Assembly (NCBI RefSeq): GCF_000015765.1
Contig: NC_008942.1
Span: 355,921 to 387,920 of the forward strand
From: Methanocorpusculum labreanum Z
GTDB lineage: Archaea; Halobacteriota; Methanomicrobia; Methanomicrobiales; Methanocorpusculaceae
Length of the DNA: 32,000 nt
Reading direction: 5' to 3'
Shown here in pieces: positions 17,592 to 26,798 of this stretch. Position numbers and translations under genes: made by a program. Every line of letters starts with the position of its first letter. The stretch's first letter is position 1. The notes under the pieces were generated by a model. The model did not search any database, was not told the DNA's origin, and worked only from the letters and a program-made list of their open reading frames with translations.

Positions 17592-18242
17592 CTAAAATCC
17601 TGCTTTGCTGAGGTATTCCTCGGTTATGACGCACTTCTGCGGTTCATTCTTCTGTCTTTTGGCAATGAACCGTTCGACGTATTTTCCAATCATATCACAC
17701 TCCAGATTTACTCTCTCTCCTTGCGATTTCATGAGGAGAGTGGTGGATTTTTCTGTGTGGGGGATGATTGCAACGCTGAATGAATCCTGCGTTACGGCAG
17801 CCACGGTCAGACTGATCCCGTCTACCGCGATGGATCCTTTCTCAACGATGTATTTGAGTATCTCCGGACCTGCAGTAAACGTGATCCAGACGGTCCGTTC
17901 ATCCCGGCGGATCGTGGAAATAATGCCTGTCCCGTCAACATGCCCCGTGACGATGTGTCCTCCGAAGCGTCCGTTTGCGGACATGGCACGTTCGAGATTC
18001 ACGGAACTTCCGGTTCTGAGAGCTCCAAGCGAGGTTCGTGCGAGTGTTTCGCTTGTTGTGTCGGCATCGAAACTTTGCCGGTTCAGACCGCTTACGGTAA
18101 GACACACACCGTTTACAGCAACACTGTCTCCTAACGTCAGATCTTCAAAAATCCTGTTTCCCTGAATGGAAAGGACAGAGGAGTTTTGACCTTTCATGAT
18201 TTTGGTCACAATTCCAATTTCCTCTACGATTCCGGTGAACAT
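17592..18242 (-). CDS. ribE: Riboflavin synthase, bacterial two-barrel (RibE/alpha-chain) type
   Basis: The N-barrel has [10 protein letters not shown] and the C-barrel has [18 protein letters not shown] and [10 protein letters not shown] are also present. Confidence 0.9.
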   Translation of the reverse strand: MFTGIVEEIGIVTKIMKGQNSSVLSIQGNRIFEDLTLGDSVAVNGVCLTVSGLNRQSFDADTTSETLARTSLGALRTGSSVNLERAMSANGRFGGHIVTGHVDGTGIISTIRRDERTVWITFTAGPEILKYIVEKGSIAVDGISLTVAAVTQDSFSVAIIPHTEKSTTLLMKSQGERVNLECDMIGKYVERFIAKRQKNEPQKCVITEEYLSKAGF

Positions 18243-18301
18243 GATTATTTACTCCTGTGCAGGTTGAACCAGCCTTAGTATTTATTCGACTCGTACACAT
18301 A

Positions 18302-18353
18302 TAATCATTCCTCTATTTGAGTTGCCAATCAAAAATGAGTTAGAATGACTTAA
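18302..18353 (-). promoter_or_regulatory. Promoter-region module B, the copy of module A, upstream of ribE-ribB-ribH with an ATTATAT TATA-like box
   Basis: Same ungapped alignment as for 12894-12945. The module lies 60-111 nt upstream of the ribE ATG. A GGAG Shine-Dalgarno-like sequence lies 11 nt before the ATG. Confidence 0.45.
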
Positions 18354-18474
18354 TATTGGGCGCGGTATTTGGATGAAACTTAAATATGGATTTGGATACG
18401 GCAGCCCCGCGCTGTTTCTTCGTTAAATAAAAAAGAGGTGTTTCTCTATGAACTACAATCAGTATTTTAGATCA

Positions 18475-19686
18475 TTATTCTTTGACATCGCTGATATCAG
18501 CTGTATTGTCAATCCCTGACGAAATTTTCTTTTCGCAGAGTCTTTTAGCGATGTCCTTGAACATATCGGTCTCGGTGCCTTTGACGTTGATATGTGTCCG
18601 ATGAAGAGTGAGTGCATTCTCTCCATGACACGCATTTACACATGCTCCGCAGAGAATACACAAATCCTGATTTATGGATAATTGCAGTTTTTTTCCTTTC
18701 TTTGCCTTTTTCCCTCCTTTGGTACCTGCCGGAGCTGCCATAAATATCGCATGGCAGGGACAAATCTCTACACAGGTACTGCAGCCCTCTGGACATTTTT
18801 CTGCGTCGATGACGAGTTCTCCCTCAAAAAACTTCGTTACTTCTACAGCATCATATGGGCAGGTTTTCTCACACCAGCTGCATGTAACGCAGTTTTCTTT
18901 GTTGATAGTAACTTTCCCGGGGAGAATCGGGTCTTTTTTCAGCTTACGGGTAACTTCGAGAATTGCCTCTTCCGGACAGGCAGCCATACAGACACCGCAG
19001 GCATCGCAAAGGGATTTTTCCCATTTGATCTGGCCCGACTGACTGTTGCATTTTATTCCGCTTTTTTCTGCCGGACATCCGATTGGACCAAAGCACATTT
19101 TTTCTGCAGTAAAGGGGTCGCGTTCGACAGAAAGGGCCGGGCAGAGTGAAGCACACACACCGCAGACGGTACATTTATGCAGGCAGATGACCATGGTGAT
19201 ATCTGCTGTTAAAGCCGTGTGACGCTGGGCACCTGCCGGGTCCTGTCCCTCGTAGATCGGAATGTCCCGAATTATTGCACCCTCAGGACATACTTCGCTG
19301 CAGACAGTACATCGTTTGCACTTTTTTTCATCGATACTGGTTGTAAAATCATACTGGGGAAATCCTTCATTATCAAGGATAGCCAATGTCTTTTCCCCGT
19401 TAACAGTGACTTTCACTGCCCTCAGCGGGCAGAGAATTGCGCAGATACCGCAGTACGAACATTTTACCGGGTCAACACTGATTGCCCCTTCTCCTTTGAG
19501 AACACCTGCATTTTGTAAAACGATTGCATCTTTTGGGCAGGAATCCAGACAGATTCCGCACCCGACGCATCTCGATGTGTCAAGAATGAGCTGCGATACC
19601 GATTTGAGAAGACGCTGCTCCATGACCATGTTCGCATCGTTATCTCTTTTTTTTGAATATTTCGGGTACAAAGTATTTATCGTCAT
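18475..19686 (-). CDS. Polyferredoxin with eight [4Fe-4S] motifs (FwdF/MvhB-like)
   Basis: Eight CxxCxxCxxxC(P/H) motifs were counted by eye; one is a CxxxCxxCxxxCP variant. An internal K/G-rich linker is present. The start could also be an internal Met about 20 codons downstream. Confidence 0.8.
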   Translation of the reverse strand: MTINTLYPKYSKKRDNDANMVMEQRLLKSVSQLILDTSRCVGCGICLDSCPKDAIVLQNAGVLKGEGAISVDPVKCSYCGICAILCPLRAVKVTVNGEKTLAILDNEGFPQYDFTTSIDEKKCKRCTVCSEVCPEGAIIRDIPIYEGQDPAGAQRHTALTADITMVICLHKCTVCGVCASLCPALSVERDPFTAEKMCFGPIGCPAEKSGIKCNSQSGQIKWEKSLCDACGVCMAACPEEAILEVTRKLKKDPILPGKVTINKENCVTCSWCEKTCPYDAVEVTKFFEGELVIDAEKCPEGCSTCVEICPCHAIFMAAPAGTKGGKKAKKGKKLQLSINQDLCILCGACVNACHGENALTLHRTHINVKGTETDMFKDIAKRLCEKKISSGIDNTADISDVKE

Positions 19687-19988
19687 TTTCAGTTACCAAG
19701 GCTTTTTGGGAGTCTCGAAATCTGTACAGTGAAATGCAGATCGTCAAAAGTCATTTTTTGCCTTTCTGGTATCATTATTCGTATGTAATTGTATAAATAA
19801 ATTCATTAATTATTGTGTTTAAGTTAAATTATTATAATTTACAAAATATGTTTGGATTGATATCTATTGCAGAGAGAATTTCACATAATATCTATTGGTG
19901 TTGTTTCTGCATTGAAGCGCAAAAAATTGTCTTTACCATGCCTTTACTCTGAATAATGCAAAAAATAAAATAAATAAATCAAAAAGAG

Positions 19989-20062
19989 TGGACCCGAAGG
20001 GATTCGAACCCCTGACCTCCAGCATGTAAGGCTGGCGTCATAACCACCTAGACCACGAGTCC
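19989..20062 (-). tRNA. tRNA-Val (anticodon UAC)
   Basis: The reverse complement is GGACTCG...CCAGC-CTTACAT-GCTGG...AGGGG-TTCGAAT-CCCTT-CGGGTCC-A. A cloverleaf can be drawn by hand and no CCA is encoded. Confidence 0.9.
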
Positions 20063-20107
20063 AAATTACCTTACTAAATACTATTTACGTAGTTATTAAT
20101 CCTGCGG

Positions 20108-20129
20108 AAAAAGAGTGGGAGCGATTCCC
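20108..20129 (-). terminator. Terminator candidate after mch (GGGA/TCCC hairpin plus T5)
   Basis: The minus strand reads GGGAATCGCTCCCACTCTTTTT, about 18 nt after the mch stop. Confidence 0.35.
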
Positions 20130-20146
20130 TGTTCTGATTCCTCGTC

Positions 20147-21091
20147 TTATGCAAGACCGAATGACTTCAGGGTTACAGCGGTGTCGACCTTTCCGACCTG
20201 ATACACTTTGCCGGTGGAAACTTCGTTGATGATAACTTCTGCCGGGGAGAAGAGACTCTTGTCGATCTTGTAGAAGTCGTATCCTGCTTCCTTGAAGATA
20301 TCATTGAACGGTTTGCCGTATCCGTTGGACGAGCAGCTCGGGATCTTCTCAAGATAGTCAACGATCTCCGGTGCATTCATCGTCAGGTTGATCTGTCCGT
20401 GGTAGATAGTTGCGTCGTTTGTAACGCCCATTGCGAGTTTTGCTCCGCGTACTGGCGGGATCGGGGCGGTACCTGCTGCTGCAATGATCTTCGTCGTGTC
20501 AAAGCCGAGTTCGTTCAGTTTGTAGACTGCAGTCTCGACACAGCGTCCTGCAACCTGGATCGAACCAACCAGTGACGAGGTCGGAGCGACAAGAGCGCAG
20601 ACGTTTGCAACATCGACCTTACACTTCTCTGCGATCATCTCCATGACAGCTCCGCTTGGGAGGCGGTCAGCCTCAAGACAGATTACTGCTGCATCGGACT
20701 CATCCTCGTAGCCGATGACTTCGAAGGTGTGTTTCGGCTGAAGGGACAGGGCACGTGCGGGTCCTGAACCCATGGCGAAGAAGTTGTCGTGTTTGACAGT
20801 CCATCCGGCTTTCTGTGAGCCAAGGCAGGAGATTGCCGGGAAATCGGTGTTCACATCGATGAACGTCATCGGGAACTGGCCGACCATACCCTGACGGAAT
20901 GCGATATCGCCAAGGCCGCCCATACAAATACGGGTAAAGTAGTCGCCGGCTCCATAGCCGCCCGGAACACTCACACCACAGTCGACGACACGGGAACCGT
21001 TGTCGAGTTCGTGGTATGCAACATTAAACAGATCTGCGTTCTCTACGAGTTCTTCGAAGAGATCAAGTCCAAGTTCGTTTACACTTACCAA
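20147..21091 (-). CDS. mch: Methenyltetrahydromethanopterin cyclohydrolase
   Basis: The 314-aa length and the sequence (VNELGL...VDCGV..PGG..AG...ICMGGLG...) fit Mch. The start is TTG at 21091, preceded by a strong GGGTGAT Shine-Dalgarno sequence 6 nt upstream. Confidence 0.9.
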   Translation of the reverse strand: MVSVNELGLDLFEELVENADLFNVAYHELDNGSRVVDCGVSVPGGYGAGDYFTRICMGGLGDIAFRQGMVGQFPMTFIDVNTDFPAISCLGSQKAGWTVKHDNFFAMGSGPARALSLQPKHTFEVIGYEDESDAAVICLEADRLPSGAVMEMIAEKCKVDVANVCALVAPTSSLVGSIQVAGRCVETAVYKLNELGFDTTKIIAAAGTAPIPPVRGAKLAMGVTNDATIYHGQINLTMNAPEIVDYLEKIPSCSSNGYGKPFNDIFKEAGYDFYKIDKSLFSPAEVIINEVSTGKVYQVGKVDTAVTLKSFGLA

Positions 21092-21167
21092 AATAAATCA
21101 CCCTAAGGAATATTAGTCAGATATGGAACCGTCAAATAGATAAGAGTTATGAGTCGGAATTTCCCTG

Positions 21168-22301
21168 TCAGTTCTTCTTCTGAAGAAGCTTGTTGACCCG
21201 TTCTTTATCGTATCTGAGGTTCACATACCGTTTTCTTCCGCTCCCTTTGTTAGCATATCCAAGCGTAATCAACCGCAGGTGATCGAACTTTTCGATGATC
21301 TCGTTGAATCTGGTGAGTTTCGGTGCATCATCCGGCATCGCTCTTCTGATGTCCCCCGTTGTGATGAGCGTATTGTCGTTCGTCATCTTCACCAGTTGTC
21401 TGAAAACAAGCAGTTCATCAGATGAAAGCGATCTGAGTGTCCCCGAGAGATGCAGGTCCTGGGAGGCGGAAAAGGCTTTCTGCAGATCTTCCTGCGTGAC
21501 CTCTCTTCGTGCATCCGTTTCCGCATACATAACGGCACGTTTGATCAGATCAAGACCAACCCTGATATCCCCGCATCGCATTGTCCGATCCACGATGTAG
21601 TCCAGTTGTTCGGAAGAAAGGACGTTCGGGTACAGGCCCTGGGCAACTCTCTGTGAAAGGATTCCGGCGACTTCCGAGGCACTGTAAGGTGCGAAATTGA
21701 TCGTTTCGTACCTGAAAACGGATGCGACTCTTGCATCGAGTACGGATTCAAGAAGAATATCTGGATCGCTGATGACAACGATCACTCCTATTCCTATGTT
21801 TTCGTATACTTCGTGGATACGGAGGGCTGCATAAAGGACATTGTTGAACTCTTTATTGTATATGAGATAGTTCGCATCGTCCAGACAGATGAGCGGGATC
21901 ACGCCCTCTTTTTCGATGTATTTTGCGAGCATGTCGATGAGGACCTTGAAGGCCGTCCCTGAGGAGGGAGGGCTGTTTTTCGTCAGTTTTGTATATATCC
22001 GGGAAAAAACCGCATACTCGGTGCTGTCGATCTGACAGTTGATATGGATCGGCACGATCTTTTTCGTTGCCTCTTCGATCTCTTCGAAAAATTTCTTCAC
22101 TGAGGTGGTTTTACCGGTCCCTGGAACACCCCGGCAAATGGTATTGAGAATACTTCCGCCCATCAGAGCGGGTTTGACGGCAAAGGCCAGCCGTTCAATC
22201 TGTTCATCACGGTAATCGAACTGCTCGGGGACATAGGTGATTTCAAAGACTTCTATGTCTCTGAAAAGGGTCTGGTCCCACATAAGCAGATTCTTTTTCA
22301 T
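21168..22301 (-). CDS. cdc6: Orc1/Cdc6 replication initiator
   Basis: AAA+ Walker A GVPGTGKTT and Walker B ICLDDANYL, with a C-terminal winged-helix-like region. Length is 377 aa. Confidence 0.9.
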   Translation of the reverse strand: MKKNLLMWDQTLFRDIEVFEITYVPEQFDYRDEQIERLAFAVKPALMGGSILNTICRGVPGTGKTTSVKKFFEEIEEATKKIVPIHINCQIDSTEYAVFSRIYTKLTKNSPPSSGTAFKVLIDMLAKYIEKEGVIPLICLDDANYLIYNKEFNNVLYAALRIHEVYENIGIGVIVVISDPDILLESVLDARVASVFRYETINFAPYSASEVAGILSQRVAQGLYPNVLSSEQLDYIVDRTMRCGDIRVGLDLIKRAVMYAETDARREVTQEDLQKAFSASQDLHLSGTLRSLSSDELLVFRQLVKMTNDNTLITTGDIRRAMPDDAPKLTRFNEIIEKFDHLRLITLGYANKGSGRKRYVNLRYDKERVNKLLQKKN

Positions 22302-22308
22302 TTTCCCC

Positions 22309-22821
22309 TCATTTCATGCATTTTTTACAGAGAGTCTTCCCCATAAAGAGATTGGAGACATCTCTTTGCACTTTGGATATCGAAACGCCGCATTTTTCAC
22401 AGACGAACTCGCCTTCGGTCGGTGAAACTACGGGAGCCTGATTTATGTTGGTATCAGGGACCTCGACATCTTCGGCGGGCGGGACTTCGATGCGCGTATC
22501 CTCCAGAACCTGCATCGGAATCTCCTCCTCTTCCTCTTCGACTGGGTGCGTAAGGGGCATCTCGTTCATCGGATAATATCCGGCTTCCTCCTCTTCTTCT
22601 TCCTGCGCGTATTTGTCGAGAACCCGTTCTTTATATCTCTCGACGGCCGCTCTCGCTGAGGGGTCGCCTGTCCCGAATTCGTCCAGGGTTCTTCCAAGAA
22701 AATCCGCAAGGTCTCTGACTGCTGCCTCATTTTCCGCTGTATCGGATACTTCAACCCTCAGGCTTTCGTAATTGCCCAGATTGATCGTTACTCCAATAGT
22801 TACTGTCTTCTTGTCGGCCAT
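22309..22821 (-). CDS. Acidic hypothetical protein with two poly-Glu tracts and a C-terminal zinc ribbon, co-transcribed with cdc6
   Basis: 170-aa ORF with EEEEEE twice and a C-terminal VCEKCG...TLCKKCMK. Its stop lies 7 nt before the cdc6 ATG, and GAGGGG sits in between. Confidence 0.55.
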   Translation of the reverse strand: MADKKTVTIGVTINLGNYESLRVEVSDTAENEAAVRDLADFLGRTLDEFGTGDPSARAAVERYKERVLDKYAQEEEEEEAGYYPMNEMPLTHPVEEEEEEIPMQVLEDTRIEVPPAEDVEVPDTNINQAPVVSPTEGEFVCEKCGVSISKVQRDVSNLFMGKTLCKKCMK

Positions 22822-22893
22822 AAGCAGTATTCTACAGTTCTCATATGTTTTGCAAAGAATTAATGATACTGATGAGTGATATAATAGTTAATC

Positions 22894-22958
22894 GGACAGA
22901 TGATGAAAGTTACCCCCGCTGAACCGCAAGGTTGTGATGATGCGTGGTCCTGATGTCC
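22894..22958 (+). ncRNA. Box C/D sRNA candidate (2'-O-methylation guide)
   Basis: Reads GGACA-g-ATGATGA (C, 22900-22906), 12 nt, CTGA (D', 22919-22922), 11 nt, GTGATGA (C', 22934-22940), 9 nt, CTGA (D, 22950-22953), TGTCC. A 5-bp terminal stem therefore flanks boxes C and D. The element is intergenic. Confidence 0.6.
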
Positions 22959-23045
22959 TATCACTTTTCTTATTCATTGAAACGACTGTTTGGCGTGGTG
23001 CCAGTATTCGGTTTTTTCTCTTGATACTCTAAATTATTTACCAGC

Positions 23046-24095
23046 ATGGCAAAACGGGGTCTGGAAAAATATGTAACTTACCCATCTATCGTTCCTACTG
23101 AAAAGTCGGAAATGATCCCGGTAAAAATCGCGTTCCCCTATCGCCATCTGAACTATTCGTTTACGATCGAAGTCCCGAACTCGCTCTACGAAGGCGCGAA
23201 ACTTTCGGGAAAGTCGGCCCGCGTTCCTGCCGGGATTCAGGATGCGTGGCTTGCCGGCTATTACAAAGCCTTTGCGCTTGACCCTTCGCAAACCAAAATA
23301 TATCAAACGCTCTTATCGCAGTTTCGCCGAATCCGAAGTGAGAGAAATCTGAACTCCGACGAGTATCTGGAACTTTTGACCGCGTATGTCCAGTCTCTTC
23401 CATACGATGCGGACAAACTATCTTCAATAGAAATAGCCCCCCGTTTTCCGATCGAGACGATCGTTGACGGAACTGGAATATGCAGCGACAAATCCCTGCT
23501 TCTTGCCGGTCTTCTTTCCCACGAAGGATATGCAGTGTCCGTTCTCCAGTTTGGAAAAGAAAATCATCTGACCGTTGGACTCCCGGCCCCGGATGGCTAT
23601 GATTTTGCCGGATGCGGCCAGACGGTTGTTGAAACCACGGCGATATCCTATATAGGTCATCCCGCGGGAGAATATGCTTCGACAACTTCCCGGCCCAAGG
23701 TGTTTGTGATCGGCCACGGGACAAAGAAGTATGAGAGCATCCGTGATGTCGCAAAAATTCTCGCGACCCTTTCCTCTCTCAACGAAAAAATATCTGAGGA
23801 GGGGACGCTAACTTTGGAGATCGTCCGTCTTCATGAAAAACTTCTCCTCCTTAAAGAGGAACTGACGAAATCCCGCGATGAACTTCCTGTCCTGATGAAG
23901 GAAGATAAAACGGAGGAGTATGAATCACTTCGGCAGACCCACAACAAAAACGTTGAGAGGCTGAAAAAGACGCTCGACTCCTACAACAGACTCGTTGCCG
24001 AGTATCAGAAACTTGCCGGCCTTGCCGAGTTCATCCAGCATAACCGGCTCGACCGTCCGGCGGTCTCCCTAAAACTCAGGTCTATCGACAATTAG
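23046..24095 (+). CDS. Transglutaminase-like (papain-fold Cys-His) domain protein with C-terminal coiled coil
   Basis: [23 protein letters not shown]...ENHLTVGL...VETT fits the C/H/(D/E) spacing of transglutaminase-like domains. The last ~110 aa are heptad-rich, as in [24 protein letters not shown]. Confidence 0.5.
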   Translation: MAKRGLEKYVTYPSIVPTEKSEMIPVKIAFPYRHLNYSFTIEVPNSLYEGAKLSGKSARVPAGIQDAWLAGYYKAFALDPSQTKIYQTLLSQFRRIRSERNLNSDEYLELLTAYVQSLPYDADKLSSIEIAPRFPIETIVDGTGICSDKSLLLAGLLSHEGYAVSVLQFGKENHLTVGLPAPDGYDFAGCGQTVVETTAISYIGHPAGEYASTTSRPKVFVIGHGTKKYESIRDVAKILATLSSLNEKISEEGTLTLEIVRLHEKLLLLKEELTKSRDELPVLMKEDKTEEYESLRQTHNKNVERLKKTLDSYNRLVAEYQKLAGLAEFIQHNRLDRPAVSLKLRSIDN

Positions 24096-24148
24096 CTTCT
24101 CTCGGGTGTGGGAGAATTATATGGGAAGAAAAACAAAACGTACTCCAC

Positions 24149-26746
24149 ATGTTGACCGAGGAACTTCCAAAGACCTACGACTTTGCCTCTGTCGAAAAAC
24201 GCTGGCTTGACCAGTGGGACGACAGCGACTTTTACTTCGAGAAAGACTCGAAAAAACCACAATACGTAATGGATACTCCCCCTCCGTATCCGACCGGAAA
24301 ACTCCACATCGGACACGCTCTTAACTGGGTGTATATGGATATCATCGCCCGCTACAAGCGGATGATGGGTTTCAATGTCATGTTCCCCCAAGGGTGGGAC
24401 TGTCATGGACTTCCGACCGAGGTAAAGGTCGAAGAGACCCATCATATCACCAAAAACGATGTTTCCCGTGAAGAGTTCCGTAAAATGTGCCGGGACCTCA
24501 CCGTCGAAAACATCACCCGGATGCGGCAGAGCCTGAGGACTATGGGTTTCTCCGTTGATTGGAGCAACGAATACATCACGATGGAGCCATATTACTACGC
24601 AAAGACCCAGCTGTCGTTTTTGCGCATGCTCAAAGCCGGCTACATTTATCAGGATGAGCATCCGGTCAACTTCTGTACCCGCTGCGAAACGGCGATCGCC
24701 TTTGCCGAAGTTTCGTATTATGATGGGGAGACCCTTCTGAACTTCTTCGATTTCGACGGGATCGAAATCGCAACGACCCGCCCCGAACTCCTCGCGGCCT
24801 GCGTGGGGGTCGCGGTTCACCCGGACGATGAGCGGTACAAATCTATCGTAGGAAATACGCTCAAGGTCCCGATCTTCGGTCACGAAGTAACCATCATCGC
24901 AGACGATGCCGTTGATATGGCATTCGGTTCCGGTGCCGTGATGATCTGTACGTTTGGTGACAAGACCGATGTGTTCTGGTGGAAGAAGCATCACCTCCCG
25001 CTCCGCAAGGCTCTCACGACCAAAGGCACGATGACCGCGATCTGCGGAAAATACGAAGGCATGCCTTCCAAGGAATGTCGTGCGGCTATCCTCGCCGATA
25101 TGAAAGAGCTCGGCATTTTAAAGGACCAGAAAAAGATCGAACAGAGAGTCGGCGGCTGCTGGAGATGCAAGACCCCGATCGAGATTCTCTCTGAACGTCA
25201 GTGGTTCGTGAAGGTAAACGGCGGCGATATCGTCAAGGCAGCCAGAGAAATCAAATGGTATCCTGAACACATGCTCCAGCGCCTGGAAAACTGGGCAGAT
25301 CAGATGGAGTGGGACTGGTGTATCTCCAGACAGAGACTGTTTGCGACCCCGATCCCGGTCTGGTTCTGTGACAAATGCGGGGAACTTATCCTCCCTGATG
25401 AGGCCGATCTCCCGGTCGATCCGACCATCGAAAAGCCCAAACATGCCTGTCCAAAATGCGGCGGGACCGAGTTCACCGGCGAAAAGGATGTTCTCGACAC
25501 CTGGATGGATTCATCCATCACCGATCTCCACGTTACCGGGTGGGATGGGAGCGGCAGACCACCGTATTTCCCGGCGCAGCTTCGCCCGCAGGGACACGAT
25601 ATCATCCGGACCTGGGCGTTCTATACTATTCTCAGGAGCGTTGCCCTGCTTGGCGAGAAACCGTGGGACAATATTCTCGTCAACGGAATGGTTCTCGGAG
25701 AAGACGGATTCAAGATGTCCAAGTCCCGGGACAATGTCATCGGTCCCGAGGATGTTATGGGGCCCTACGGAGTGGATGCCCTCAGACAGTGGGCAGCCGC
25801 CGGCTCCTCGACCGGTCAGGATATCCTCTTCAACTGGAACGATGTCGTCGCTGCATCCAGATTCCAGACGAAGATGTGGAACATAGTCAGATTCTCCTTA
25901 ATGCAGATTCAGAAAGAGTCCCCGGTACCGGAGACGGATGCTCCGTCCACGCTTATCGACCGGTGGATGCTTGCGAACCTTTCCAAAACGGTTGCCGAGG
26001 TCACTGAGTCTATGGATGCCTACCTCTTCGACAAGGGTCTGAAGATCATTCGCGAATTTGCCTGGAATGTCATGGCCGATGAGTATCTTGAGTTCGTGAA
26101 AGGCAGACTCTACAGCGAAGATCCGCTGCGTGCCGGTGCGATTTACACACTGAAGACGACCCTTGATGCACTCTGTACGATGCTCTCCCCCTACATTCCG
26201 TTCTTCGCTCAGGAGTGCTATCACCATTTATCCGGCGGCAAGCGGATCATCGATCGGCCTTGGACAACCTTCTCGTATGTTGATGAGGACGCTCTTCGGG
26301 ACGGCGATCTCGTTGTCCGAATCGTCAGTCTTCTCCGCAAATACAAGCACGACTCCGGTCTTGCTCTCAACTCCCCGCTTGGAAACGTCACGATCTACAC
26401 GCCTTCCCACGACATCGATGACTCCGGCGATCTCGGCCGGACCATAAACGCGACGGTTGTCTGGAAAGCGGAAGAGCCGTCCCTCGAAAAAATGGTTGGG
26501 GACGTTGCGTTCAACAAAGGCGTTGTTGGAAAAACCCTCAGGAACAAAGCAGGAGCATTCATGGCCGCGGTCAATGCTCTTTCCGATGCAGACAAGATCA
26601 CCCCGCCGAAAACAGTTCTCGTGGACGGCGAGGAGATCTCGGTTCCCGAAGGTGCCTGGACCACTTCATACATCTATTCTGTCTCCGGTGAATCGGTCGA
26701 TGTCATCATGCTTGACGATGTCATGATCACCGTAAAACGTACCTGA
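24149..26746 (+). CDS. valS: Valine--tRNA ligase
   Basis: Class I HIGH motif ([10 protein letters not shown]) and KMSKS (FKMSKSRDN). The N-terminus LPKTYDF..VEKRW...W and the 865-aa length match archaeal ValRS. Confidence 0.85.
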   Translation: MLTEELPKTYDFASVEKRWLDQWDDSDFYFEKDSKKPQYVMDTPPPYPTGKLHIGHALNWVYMDIIARYKRMMGFNVMFPQGWDCHGLPTEVKVEETHHITKNDVSREEFRKMCRDLTVENITRMRQSLRTMGFSVDWSNEYITMEPYYYAKTQLSFLRMLKAGYIYQDEHPVNFCTRCETAIAFAEVSYYDGETLLNFFDFDGIEIATTRPELLAACVGVAVHPDDERYKSIVGNTLKVPIFGHEVTIIADDAVDMAFGSGAVMICTFGDKTDVFWWKKHHLPLRKALTTKGTMTAICGKYEGMPSKECRAAILADMKELGILKDQKKIEQRVGGCWRCKTPIEILSERQWFVKVNGGDIVKAAREIKWYPEHMLQRLENWADQMEWDWCISRQRLFATPIPVWFCDKCGELILPDEADLPVDPTIEKPKHACPKCGGTEFTGEKDVLDTWMDSSITDLHVTGWDGSGRPPYFPAQLRPQGHDIIRTWAFYTILRSVALLGEKPWDNILVNGMVLGEDGFKMSKSRDNVIGPEDVMGPYGVDALRQWAAAGSSTGQDILFNWNDVVAASRFQTKMWNIVRFSLMQIQKESPVPETDAPSTLIDRWMLANLSKTVAEVTESMDAYLFDKGLKIIREFAWNVMADEYLEFVKGRLYSEDPLRAGAIYTLKTTLDALCTMLSPYIPFFAQECYHHLSGGKRIIDRPWTTFSYVDEDALRDGDLVVRIVSLLRKYKHDSGLALNSPLGNVTIYTPSHDIDDSGDLGRTINATVVWKAEEPSLEKMVGDVAFNKGVVGKTLRNKAGAFMAAVNALSDADKITPPKTVLVDGEEISVPEGAWTTSYIYSVSGESVDVIMLDDVMITVKRT

Positions 26747-26770
26747 TTTTTCAGGTCCACTACGTTTTTT
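26741..26770 (+). terminator. Terminator candidate after valS (perfect 6-bp hairpin spanning the stop, then T6)
   Basis: ACCTGA-TTTT-TCAGGT at 26741-26756, followed by TTTTTT at 26765-26770. Confidence 0.45.
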
Positions 26771-26798
26771 ATATTCTCCACTCTAACGTAGTAAGCAC

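Noticed and set aside
18243-18474. FMN (RFN) riboswitch expected upstream of a bacterial-like rib operon
   Set aside because: I read both strands and found none of the conserved RFN segments, for example GGGCGGGGCGAAATTCCCCACCGG-like cores. A covariance-model scan would be the decisive check.
22822-23045. Replication origin / ORB repeats in the spacer upstream of the orc1 operon
   Set aside because: The recurring TGATGA/CTGA words that first looked like origin repeats are better explained as the boxes of a C/D sRNA. No ORB-like inverted repeats and no strongly AT-rich DUE are present here.
24121-24210. 29-codon basic uORF ([14 protein letters not shown]...) overlapping the valS start in another frame
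   Set aside because: It is short, shows no Shine-Dalgarno sequence and overlaps the ValRS N-terminus. It cannot be supported from sequence alone.
24092-24994. 300-aa ORF on the minus strand antisense to the 5' part of valS
   Set aside because: It lies entirely within the well-supported ValRS gene, which has HIGH and KMSKS motifs. It has no recognisable motifs and a composition typical of a shadow ORF in ~50% G+C DNA. It overlaps the stop region of the upstream gene.
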